A DNA stretch of 64,000 nt from Podarcis pityusensis (taxonomy: Eukaryota), in assembly GCA_964106645.2 (NCBI GenBank), contig OZ067038.1. One strand, given 5' to 3'. Below the pieces are notes generated by a model. The model made no database searches. It had not been told where the DNA came from and worked only from the letters and a program-made list of their open reading frames with translations. A program made the translations under genes and the position numbers. Below, piece after piece: positions 27,101 through 40,397 of this stretch (within the stretch, counting starts at the first letter, position 1; each line of letters starts with the position of its first letter).

Positions 27101-29446
27101 GTCTACTGAGATGAATGAGGTTCTACCAGTTTATGACTGTGGACGGCAGCCCTGTAGAAACTCTGGTAAAGTTTACTGAGTTGATTTGTACCTTTGGCTA
27201 GTCTCTTCATACAACAGTAAGATAGCTTTGGTTAACCATGCACCCAATCGACATTTAAATTGTAGCATGGGGGTGGGGAGCCTTTGCAATGTAAAACTGT
27301 TACTGGTGATTATGCTGATGACTTAAAATATATGAAGTAATGCAATGAAATGTATTCATGGGCATTTCTCTGCAGAACATTCTGTGCAGCTGAAAATCTT
27401 GGTCTAGCTTATAGAAAAATTGGGAAGCCTTAGCAGTTGTCTAAAAACGATGCAAAAAACCCCGCTTTTTAAAATGTTGCTTCATTTTCACTGCATGCAA
27501 ATACAGAGCATGCAAGACAACATATAGCATGCGTAAAAGAGGGGGAAGAAATGCATGGACAAGGAATCGCAACACATACAAAATAATGTCAAGAATGCTC
27601 TAAGCAGGGCTTGGTGATCAGTACCACAAGTAAGAAGACATTTGTATAGGTTGGATACAGAGAACCCAGTCTGTGTTATAGTTAATCCGGTGTATTTTGC
27701 TTGAAGGAGGCTGGCACTCCAAACCTAACCATATCTCCATGCAAATAAATTTCATTGATTTCAATGCAAGTTACTTTTAAGTGAATGTGCTTAAGAACAC
27801 AGCCTGGCACCCTGATTTTTCCTTTTGCTTGGAAGATCAAGAGGGTTCTCTGGCTGCAGATCAAGAGGGTTCTCCTGCCCAACAGAATTTTACCATTTTA
27901 TGTCCAAATACTTGCATCTTAATTTGATTGTGAATCCCAAACCTCTAGAGTTTGAGTGCTATCTAATGCACCTGGTATTGGAGCTTTTCATGGATCCACA
28001 TGTTAACTTACGTCCAATTTTGTAACAAGAAGCCTACAATCCTATGCACACTTACCTGGCTCTCCTGAATTGTGTTGTACAATGCTGTCAGCATATCTGG
28101 TCGCAGAATTTCATTACATCCATGTTGCAGGAACAACTTGGCACTAGCCTTATATTTTTTCTGTGCATGCAAACAGCAACGAAGCACAAAAAGGACTTAT
28201 GAAGACAAAGAACTACAAAAAAAGCTCTAGATCCCAGAACAATGAGATTTAGGCCTTTGGGATACTTGTGTATTCTCAGAACTGCACCAATGCACAGCAT
28301 TCACCAGGGGCAACAGAATCAACAGACACAGAACTGAATTTTAAAAATGGAAAAACGAGAGTATTATGGTGCCATCATTATGTAATAATCTGGTTTCCAC
28401 GCCATTTTCCTTGTAGCACATTTTTGCCTTTGAGCTAAATGGCGCAGAGTTCATTCGTTTCTAGGTTATCTTTGCAACTCGACTGACATTTGGTGGAGTG
28501 ACTTTGACAGTAGATTGGTGCATAGTTTGTGAGATCACAAAGTATGAATAGGCTCACTCAAAAAGCTGCTATGCTCTTTTGGGTGGCAAAGTACAGATAG
28601 GCTCACTCAAAAAGCTGTTGTGCTGTTTTGAGTGGCAAAGTATAGATAGTTCCAGATACAAACAGAGGGGAAACCTTTGTCAATATCATAGGCAAAACCT
28701 ATGACATCTTTGACTCCAGGCATTTCAGGCAGGTAAAGAAGTGGTCATCCAAGAGTGACAATAGCCAGATTCTGGGTGTTCTGGCCAGCTCTGTCACAGT
28801 ACCTGACTGCTTAGTTCGCCTCCCAATTTGGCCAGCAAGGTTCTAGGGTCATCCACCACAAGGGAATACTTATCCTTCTTCTTCTCATAATCAGATTTGT
28901 ACAATTTCTGTTCACATCGAACAGTAGCAAAGTGAAAAAGTGGAGGCACAAAGATACATTGAGATCAATGCAAAAACCCATTAAACAAATCCACCCACTT
29001 ACAGAGTAACACCATAAAAAGGAGAACGGATATAGGCAATAGAAAACACAGAGCTATAATAGCTTTTACAGAGCAATACTGTGCAAGTATTACTGAAACG
29101 TAAAACTTGCTGGTGGATCTTACTCCTAAGTAATCACGTAAAGGGTTGGAGCCTTAAATGTATAACACTAAAAGCCCTTTAAATCCTGCACTGCCATCCT
29201 CCATTTAGTTATAGTTATAGTTATAGTTACAGTTATAACTCTATGCATTTATCACTTGCATAAATTTAGTATAAAATATATGCACATGCTATACTATAGT
29301 TCTGCATATAGTCTAGATTGGGACCTAGCTACTATTTATCATTCTTTATGTCTAAAGTCAATGGATAGAACAAACACCATTAGATGTACTGTTGGATAAG
29401 TGTTAAATGGTTCTTGTCCTTGTATTTGTATTTAAAAAAAAACAAT

Positions 29447-29502
<56 letters not shown>

Positions 29503-32500
29503 GTACTATGTGTAAAGACCACAATCTAGGTAAAAGGTAAAGGTAAAGGACCCCTGGACAGTTAAGTCCAGTCAAAGGTGACTATGGGGTTGTGGTGCTC
29601 ATCTCACTTTCAGGCTGAGAGAGCCAGCGTTTTTCCACAGACAGCTTTCTGGGTCATGTGGCCAGCATGACTAAACCACTTCTGGCACAACGGGACACCG
29701 TGATGGAAACCAGAGGCTTTACTCAGAAATATATCCCATTTAATGGAATTTGCAGTCCTAGATTCTCTTTCTTATTTTGTCTAACAAATTTAAATGGAAT
29801 TGCAATTTAGAAGCCTATAGTTCTACTTACCTCATTCACCAGCTGAGTAGCATACTTAAAATGCCTATTAATTGGACTGTCAGCAACATACTTGAACTTG
29901 GACTTTATCTTCTCAAATGACTCCTTGTATTTACACTAGAGGGACATAAAAGACATTTTTTCTAAAAAAAAACCCAACCAACTAATCACTATATGGGTGT
30001 GATAAAAACACAAAAAGCATACATTTAAAAAATCAATCAGGTGTAAAGGCGTGAAAGAAACATTGCAGTTACTTCATGTAATTATCATGTCAGTAAGTGT
30101 GATATTTACTGATTTGTTGCTGTAACTGCATCTGTTTATCTGACAGCGCCGGTCTGTACGGCACTGCAAAACTGGAATATGATACAGTGTTCCAAAAACC
30201 TGCTAAAGCTCGTTATGTTGATAATTACATAAATATTGCAATCCCATGCAGATTTGCTCAGAACTAATATTCAGTGGAGATCACTCCTAGGTAAGAGAGC
30301 ATAGGATTGCAGCAGAGAACAGTTCAGACCAGACATAGTAGAGGATAGACTCAATTACCAGGGAAATGACACCATCCCCTATTTATAAAAGGATATGCTG
30401 ATGTGTAAATAGCACCTCCAAAAATAGAAGGCACAGTGGGTTTTTCACAGTGCTTTTTTTTTGTTTTTAAAACAAGGTGCTAGCAATCATATCTTGTTAT
30501 GCATATACTTTGTTTAAAGTAATGTGTGATCTTGCACTGTTGCCCTTTGTTTCTGTGGAGCCTCAGTAGATATTCCCAGATAGCTGGGCACTTTATATGT
30601 TACCATACCAATGATCTTTCGCCTCTGCAGTTATTGGGCAGTTCAGTCAAGCTGTGCATGCTTAGGTTGGCTGCGGACAGTTAAAACTAATGACAAATCT
30701 TGTTTGTTCTGAGCAGAGAACTGCTTTATAACCATGGTCGACAAAAGAGGTTTAAAGACTGTCTCAAGGCAAATCTTAAAAAAATGTAGTATAAACACTG
30801 ACAACTGGGAAACACTGGCCTGCGAGCGCTCCAGTTGGAGAACAGCCTTTACCAAAGGTGTCATGGGCTTTGAAGACACTTGAACTCAGGACACAAGGGA
30901 GAAACGTGCTAAGAGGAAGGCACGCTTGGCAAATCCACAACGTGATAAACTCCCACCCGGGAACCAATGTTCCCACTGTGGAAGGACGTGTGGATCCAGA
31001 ATAAGCCTCCACAGTCACTTACGGACTCATTGTTAAAACTGTGTTTATGAAAGACAATCTTATTTGGCTACGAGTGATCGCCAAAGAAAGAAGCAGAAAC
31101 ATGGTCTCAAACTTTTTGTCTGTATTTGCATGCATCCATCCCTACATGCAGTGCCTCACCTCAAATAAATATAAAATATGTGTGCAGAGCAAGTTGGGGA
31201 ACAGACAGAGAGAAATTACCCTCTTTAAGATACCAGGCAATATAGAACCACACATACCGGACTGTACAATGTCTTATTCTTTTCTGCAAGAAGAAGATCA
31301 GGAGTATCCCATGCATAACAGCCAATGCCTCTGAGCCACGTTAAATCTTCCTTATATTTAAACTGTAAAAGCAAAATAACAAGAGCAAGGTTTACCACAA
31401 CATGAGACAATTACAGGAGAGCACAATTTTTTTATATTTATATCTCAAAGCCAGTAGAAAAATCTCAGGCATGGGATTATGTGGATACTTGGGATCGTAA
31501 TGATCTAAGTATACAAACTTGGAGGTAAGAACAATGGCTGTCACTAGAATAAAGTTCAAGGTAAATGTGCTTAAGGGTTGAGGTGACAAAATGACAACTC
31601 CAATCCACATAGTCCTATTAGGCTCAATGGGACTTTTCGCTGCTCTGATGGAACAAGATGAAATCACAAGTATGTGCTGTTTCTATCTGGTTGCAAATGT
31701 GGGCATTTCTGTCAATAGAAATAGATTTGACTGAATTAACTTCCCTACAAATTAAATTGGGGGAGGGGGTGATAGTACAAATGGGCAGTGTTTATTGTTG
31801 TCGTTTCAACCCCCATGGCCATAGGTATCAATGGGTATTCTCAGCTAGATAAATGTAGGGCTAGATCAGTTTTTAAATATTTGCATTTAGCAGAGCAATG
31901 GCCTTTAAAAGCTGTAACAACAACATAAAGACTCCCCCCCCCAAAGAAAACCAAGAAAGACCATGCGGCTTTCATGCTTGCTTCTGCAGCAGCTGCTCAC
32001 ACCTCCCTTTGAAAAAGAAAAGCTACCTCTAAGAGTTAGTGGCTGAATATGGACAAGGGAGGCAGCAGAACTTCTCTTTGTGCAAGTGAAATATGCCTTC
32101 TGCTTGAGCAAAGGGGCTCTTTAGATTCCCACCCAATCCTCCTTTCAACATATCTGCTGTTAAACAAGGAAAACTAAATTGCTGTTAGCTGCTCCTCATT
32201 ATGTGGCTTAGATATTCTTGATAGAAGTGAAGTTTAAATTCAGAATTCAGTTTAACGATCCAGGGGAGCCTGTCTCCAAAAGGCAGAAAACTATTAATCA
32301 TTTTTTCAATGCATTTTGCTCCCCTCAAATAACGCATTACAGCCTATTATTTTGGAAGTCTATCAGCATGCAATACCCAAGTGTCAAGGTTGATCCACAC
32401 TCACATCACTGACTGCATCGGTGACGGCACGGTGGTGGAAATGGTCTGGTCGATCTGGGATAGACCTCCAGATTCCTAATTGACTCATGTAGTTTTCTTT

Positions 32501-35500
32501 GTATTTCACCTACAAAAAAAAAGCATTTGATTTTTAAAATAAGCAACACACTAATCGCCTGATATTACAGGGTTGACATCAGTGATGGTGTAATCCTATA
32601 CATGCGTACTCAGAGAAGCAACTCCCATTGTGTTATTTATCCGTTAAACTTCTATCCTGCCCTTCTCCTGAAGGAGCTTCAAAGAGGCAATGGGACTTGC
32701 TTTCTAACATTCAGTGGAACTTGCTTCCCAATAAGTGGATTTAGGTTTGAAACCAGAATGTCCTGGCACAGCTACGCCACTTTATATAGACAACAGAGCT
32801 TAGTGCATGTAGGAATTTCTGGCCAGTCCATGTAACACACGGGGAAACAGTCAGAAGAAGTGGAAGTGTGACAGAAGCTCAGGTGGAGAATGGGGCCAGA
32901 GCACAAAGTATAAGGGAAACAAATGCTATAAAACATAAAAAGAGGCAGGGTGGGCCAGAATTAGCTGAGGCTTTGTGTTAGGAGGACCAGGTGTCAAGTA
33001 GACTATAAGGCCTGATAAGACAGGGGTTGTACCTGAGGTCACCCCTGCTTTCTCTCTGAAAGGAATCACATCCACCAGAGGCATGACCAGGGGTACTTAC
33101 ATTATATAGGAAAAGGGGAGGTAAAGGAGTCTGAAGTAGTGGGGAGAGAGAATAACCAGTGCCCCATAGTATATATAAATAAGGTAAAAGGTAAGGGTAA
33201 AGGGACCCCTGACCACCAGGTCTAGTCGTGACCGACTCTGGGGTTGCGATGCTCATCTTGCTTTATTGGCCGAGGGAGCCAGCATACAGCTTCCGGGTCA
33301 TGTGGCCAGCATGACTAAGCCGCTTCTGGCGAACCAGAGCAGCGCCCGGAAACGCCGTTTACCTTCCCGCCGGAGCGGTACCTATTTATCTACTTGCACT
33401 TTTGACGTGCTTTTGAACTGCTAGGTTGGCAGGAGCAAGGACCGAGCAACGGGAGCTCACCACGCCGCAGGGATTCGAACCGCTGACCTTCTGATCGGCA
33501 AGCCCTAGGCTCTGGTTTAACCCACAGCGCCACCCGTGTCCCTACTCAGGAATATGCATATATATATCCAATATACATACTTTGCTGATATCATCAGTGA
33601 CCTTGCGGTGATACACAATATCCAAGGCATCTTTCACTGTGTGGTATTTACCCTTGGCTTTCTCAAATGTTTCTTTGTAGCGCAGCTGATAAAAACAAAA
33701 TAAAACAAAAAAGTATGAAGGCATCAGTTTTAAAATGTAGCAAACATTATTTTCACATTTTCCTCAGAGGTTGTAATAGACAGGTAGAAAAAGCAGACCA
33801 TCAAGTCCGCTTTATGCATATTATAAACAGCCAAACAATCCTAGCTTACTCCATGGTGCTCCTTGTAAATGTAAATCCTACTCCCCATTTAAGTATAGCT
33901 TTAATTTATTTAACTTTCTATTATAACCCGAGTTTTGCATATTCTCCTGTCTATTTCAAGACAAGAGTCCAGATCAAGAAACCATATTATCTAACTCCCC
34001 CCCTCCTCAATTTCTTCATTCTTCTTCTGCTGCCAACACAATTATACTCAAAAGTATCCATGTGGACAGAAAGGGTTGCGTCCATCTGAAACATGGTCAG
34101 AGCAGACCCACTGGAACATGACTAAAGTCCATTGGTTTTTAGTGATTCTACTCTGAGTATGTTTTAGCTGGATAAAACCCAAGAAGCCAGATTCAACTAG
34201 CCTAGTGCAAGGACTCCCACCAGTTCAATGGGGCATTCCCCCTCCCCTTGCATGCCCCCCACCTTTCCTAAATCTGCCTTGGAACATCGAGAGAACCCAC
34301 AGCCTAGTGCCCAGGAGGAGGAGAGGAGAGACTGAACAAATTAGTATGATGTTGATCTTTACCCCAACAATCTTGTGTCAAAACAGATTTATATAATTTT
34401 TTATGCATTATTTGTATTAATGTTAGTATGTAAGATTTCACAGGCAATGAGAAATAGACTCCATATGAATGTCAGACCAAAGAAACTTGATCTTATGTGC
34501 AGTTGGCTCACTCCTCTGTGCCACTGCTTCTCAGGAAGAACTCCGTCACAATTGTTATAGAACTATGAATAGTTGTCTAATGGCTGCTGACTCTTTTGAT
34601 CCCTTTCCATATTAAAAAAAAATGCACCATGAGTATATAAGCCATACAGAGCTAGAGAATAATCCAAATAAGTAAATGATCTGGAAGAATTCTCACTGGT
34701 TTCAGGTTCAGTTCACAGACCTTTCCTGAACATTACTCTACATTCATATCTAGACCACATAAAAAACCCCAAACCATTCCATTTTCATCGGATACTTACA
34801 TCACTGGCATTCAAGTAGGCCTTCTTAGCTCTAATCAGGATTGGTGTATCAGCGACAGTTACATACTTGTGCTTCAGTTTCTCATATTGGGATTTGTATT
34901 TATTCTAAATTAAGCAGGGGGAAATGGAAGAAAAAAATAAGTACACCAAGGTGCTCACGCGATACAGCATTAACTGCATGCAAGTGGGCACTTAAAAAGA
35001 CACTCGGATGTATGAGTTAACTAAAATAAATTTATTCATCATGCCAACGATTTGTTTTTCCTTCCAATAAAGTCAGCTAGAGGCCTGCGGCTGGTATATT
35101 CACTGGCAAATTGCAAAGCATACCACCCTAATCTGCAGACAATCTCCCTGCCATTTCCATGTGTGCCCTTCCCGCCTCTGTGATGCTTGCCTAAATCAGC
35201 CTTCTCCAATGAGGTGCCATCCAGCTGTTTGGGGCTACAGCTCTCATCAGCCCCAGACAGCATTGCCAGCAGTCAAGGATGATGGGAACTGTAATCCAAT
35301 CAGCGGCAGAGGAAGGGGGGTGCAGTGGGGGCAGTCCACCCTGGGTGTCACCACTGAGGGGGGTGACAAAATGCCCGGCAGCACTCACCGCGGGGCCTGC
35401 AGTGTGCCCAAGCCACGTGTCTCTCCTGGGAGTGACGTGGTGGCTCTGCGCTGCCCCAAATGGTCTGCCCATTGTCTCCCCCTCAGCTGCAGGGCAGCTG

Positions 35501-38500
35501 AGTGGGATGAGGCAGGCAGACTCCTCAGAGGCCCCACGGAGCATCCTGCCCCAGCTGGCCCCGCCCCTGCGTGCAGAGCACACACGCTGCCCCAAAGCGC
35601 CCAATCGGCTTGCTCCGCCGCTGAATCCAATTACATTTGCCAGATGACCTCTCACTTAAACGCCACCCCCGGAAATGAACAGTACAGAAGAAACCGATAC
35701 CTAAACGGAAAAAGTAAACGAATAAAAACAAAGCTAGGTTGTGGCTTAACACGTATGAACAGCAGATTTAATAAAGATTCTGTAAAACAGTTTTGATACA
35801 CTGCATTGAATGTGTTTGCCACACTCATTGTCTAGTCTAGACTTTAACGGTCTGGAGTGTGCAGTCTGTTTGCCATAGTAATAAAAAGAAGAGAAGGAAA
35901 GGTGCTCAAATCTTACCTCACTGACCAAGTCCTTCACATGCTTAGCAAGTTTCAAGGCCGGTGTCTGATCCCCAGCATGGTGATGGGGTCTTTCCTTGGT
36001 TGCAAGTTCGACGTACAAGTACTGGAGAAAGAGAAGAACCATAAATTGTCAAATTATGCTCCACACACACAAGAGGCCTTGGATATAAGCGATTCAGTCC
36101 TTCGCTCACTGCTTTTTGCAAACTGAATCAGTATATTCCTGATTCAGTATATCCATTCTGACTGGCAGCACCTCTCTGAGGTCTCAAGAAGAAATCCTTT
36201 ATTGCCCTGTTATCTTTAGACCATTTAATGAACGATGCTGACGAGACCTTCTGCACGCAAGGAATGTGCTCTATCACTGAGCCACAGCCCCTTCAACTTA
36301 ATTTTTCCCCTAATTAATTTTTATTGATTTTCAAAATTTTAACATCCAATTAATTCAAATTTAACATAAATTTTAAAAGTTGGTTTCCCAGCCCTTCACC
36401 CTTGATGCTTCTTCACCCACCCTCCTTGCTGCATTGTATAACAGTATTTTTATCTCTTTCCCAATTAAGACAAATAACATTCCTGGAGGTGGCAGACACC
36501 CTGAATAATCTACTAGGTAATGGGGACAATTACAAAGCACAGGAAACCATCTAGGCTATGACAAAGGACAGGAAATGATTTGTAATTGTATCCACACAGT
36601 TTCAAAGCACATATTGATGGGAGGAGGAAGAGCTCTGAATATATCCATTTTGATGTGCTGAACAGATTCAACAGTGGTAGTTGGTGCTGCAGTCACATGG
36701 CATAAGCTCCAGTAGGAGACGATACAAAATCTGGCAAGTTCTTCATTCCTTATTGGAAATGAAGAACGGCCCTCCAGCTGTTTTGGGACTACAATTCCCA
36801 TCATCCCTGACCACTGGTCCTGTTAGCTAGGGATGATGGGAGTTGTAGTCCCAAAACAACAGGAGGGCCACGTTTGGCCACCACTGCCTTATTACTTTGA
36901 CAACATTAGAAGAAGATTGGAGAACTGTGCCAGAGTTATGTTTTGACGAGGTTTCAATAATATTACAGTTAGTGTTGGGGGAGAAATTCAGTTCAGTTAG
37001 TATTTTTAAGTGAAATTAACTAAATCTCGCTTCCTCAAATGGTACACAAAGCCAAAGACAGCTATCCTTTGAAAGCAGCACTTCGCTTAATTTTGCAATG
37101 GAGTTTTCCTACCAAATAGTGGGCCGGTTCACACCCAGCACTAAACTAAACCATGGCTAAGCTCAACATACATAGGCATGCAGGTTCCCAGAGTGGAGAT
37201 TGCAATTGCATCGCTCCTGTTCTGTTCCTGTGGCTGCCGTAAGCCAAGACATAGTTTGGCTCCGCATGCTATTTAAACCCAGGCTCAACGTTGCAAAAAC
37301 ATATGTGTCAAGAGAAATGTGCGCTAAGATACTGACATATTCATGCAAAGGCAAATTGAGGTGGAAATATGGAAAACTGGACTTAAGCTTGGCAATATGA
37401 GAAACAGACAGAAACCAAAGCTGACAGATTTGTCCATCCACCCCTAAGTGCAATGGAAGTTTATGAACATATTGATTACCTATCAATATTTACTAATTTG
37501 GGTGGAAACATTTGTTAAGGATATGGTGCTATCACAAAGACAGCTTGTATAATGAATGGGCAAGTGCAGATTGCTTTGTATCAGACGCCCCAGAAAATAT
37601 CTAGAAAGAGTTGTGCATTATTGAATGAGAATTCCGCATGTACTATCCAGCTTCATTTCTGTTCAGTAATGGTTCTTACCTTACTCTGTAGTTTTTGCCC
37701 TCTTTTGGCCCTGTTGAAATCTGGTGTATCAAGAATAGATGTGTACTTGGTCTTTTGCTCCTTGCCTGCGGCTCTGTACACAAGCTAGAAAGAGAAACAA
37801 CAATGCACTTTCGTCTTCCGTAGCTGGATCTAACATAGCCACATCCATTACTTTCTGTGGTTCAACTCTGAGTGAATCCGAGTTGGATATCACCCAATGT
37901 GATTAGAAGACTTTCACCCTCCACAAGTGCTTTATGACAGCTATTTGAAAAGTCTACAAATCGCTGCATACAAGATATTATTTTGATAGCTTGGTGTTCT
38001 TGTGCGGGTTCCCCACAGGCATCTAGTTGGCCACTATGAGAACAGGATGCTGGACTTGATGGGCCATTGGCCTGATCCAGCAGGTTCTTCTTATGTTCTT
38101 ACATTTTGAACTTGGAGCTCCCTTGACATCACTGCTGCTTCTCACTGCCCTATTCCTATCCCAGCAAGTGGCAGCACTGCTAGTGGGTGCCTGAAGCTCC
38201 ATACACACACCCTCCACCTCACACAGCTCAGTCAGTAAAGCATGAGACTCTTACTTTCAGGGTTGTGGGTTCAAGCCCCATGTTGAGCAAAAGATTCCTG
38301 CATTGTAGGTGGACTAGATGGTCCTTGTGATTCCTTCCAACTTTGCAGTTCAACTGCAAATCATAATCCTATTATTCTATATGCTGCTGCTGGCTGTAAA
38401 ACTAGCTCAGCCAAAATATTCTGCATAGCATGAACCTTAACCGTGGTCTCTTGCTAAAGAACAGAGAACTTCCATCGTGCTTCTCTTCATCTGCAAGTCT

Positions 38501-40347
38501 ACTTTAGAGCAGCTGCCGCAGAAGCACACTTAAAACGATCCAAGCATCCCTTTAAATTCACTTTAAAATGTTTCAGTGCAGAAAGGTTAAAGAACATCAA
38601 TCTTACATCACTCAAATGGGTCTTCAGCTCCTGAACAGTCCTGTACACGGGAGTGTCCAGAACCACACGATATTTATCTTGTGACTTCTTTGCAGCTTCA
38701 GTGTAGACGTAATTAGACTGAAAAAGAAATGTGCTTGTGTCAAAAGAACATGCAGTCTCCATCAGACAAACAACAAAACTTTGAATCCTAACAAAGAAGA
38801 TTAATGAAGTCACAGCCCCTTGCTATAACTCCACAAGAATCTCTGGAATGTACAGGTTAACAGTACAATGTAAAACATCACTTTAGTTGCTTTGTAAGTG
38901 GGCCATAACATAACATCCATTCAAACACATTAGGGTGGCTTCTGTAGAAAACGTTAGAGCCAAGTCACTAAGCATAGAGCAACAATATCTTAAAATCTGC
39001 ACCCATACATCCAGTAGCGAACCTTGGGGCCTCAAATTTCAGTGGGATGCCAAAATTCCACATGCCCCTACTTCTCACCTTCCATTCTACATAATAGCTG
39101 TGGCACCCCATGCAACCATACTGATAGCTCTCCCCTAAATCTGCCTCTGATACATCTGCTTCTCTATAGCTGTAAATGGGAGGAAGTGGGGGAGATGTGC
39201 TATGGAAGAGATACTAATCAGCACACACATTTGAAACTGTAGCTCATGATTTGGCACACACACTGGTTCTGTTAGTCCAGTTGTACCAGCAGAAACCAAC
39301 ACAGGAATGTAGCTTGCAAGTGACATGTAGTTTGCAGGTGTTGGATTCACTGATTGCACACACTTGCTACTTGCAAAGGACAATGTCCATGTTCAGACAT
39401 CATGGCAAGCCTGCTTACTATGCACAACCCAAATCAAGCCGCCTTTGCTCTTGCTCATTCCTCCTGGCTTGTGCTAGGAGATAACAAACCATAATTCCAG
39501 AGATCATTGTTTTGTTTTGTTCCAATAAAGCACAATCAGTAAGCCAAGAACAAGCCTTGGCTAGAGATCATGGTTTCTTGGGAACAAAACAAACCATAAA
39601 CCCTGGTTTGGATGTAACAGGAAGCCAGGAATTGTGGAGCAAAGCACAGCAAAGTGGGACTGATTTTGCTCATGCACAGTGTTTATGTCTTACTGTGATG
39701 CGTGAACAGAGTCAGTGATGGGGTGGCACTTTTAGTTACTAATGAACATTATGACAAAGGACTGCTGTGGGATAAAGAGACCCAACACATCTAACCAAGC
39801 ATAGGGCCTCACTTCCAAGAACAATGTCCACAGCATATCTAATAACCACACATAAACCTTGGTATGGCATTGCCTAGTCTGATCTCATGTCCAGCATAGT
39901 ACAGTTCACAGTTTATTGTGGGAAAGAACCTCACTTTTAAATATAAAAAGGTATAACTTAAATCAAGTCAAACCAATCAAACAACAAAAAGCAATACTTG
40001 AAAATGGCAGTGTTTCACCTCTTGATTATTTGTCAGCAAAATATCAAGGAGTCGTCCAACAGAGATGGTCATGGAAAAAGAAACATACCCAGAGCTTGCG
40101 CAAATGTCGAGCACGGACCATATCAGGGGTATCATAGAGGAAGCAGCCCAGGCCTCTCAGCCACTGCAGATCAGTTTTATATTTAACCTGCCAAACAATG
40201 ATAAGGATGTAATACCATATCTATTACATAAATAAACCATCATATTATGTGTTCTAATCATAGTGTTTTGAATAATTATGCAATAACTAAATAGTTTTAA
40301 AAGATGGCAAAGAAAAGATGAAAAAGAATATAGAATGAGTGCATGAG

Positions 40348-40397
<50 letters not shown>

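Noticed and set aside
28538-28649. CRISPR-like palindromic repeat
   Set aside because: Vertebrate intron with contiguous tandem units, no unique spacers and no cas genes
35161-35796. 211-aa and overlapping GC-rich ORFs
   Set aside because: Caused by the stop-poor GC-rich hAT element; no protein motif
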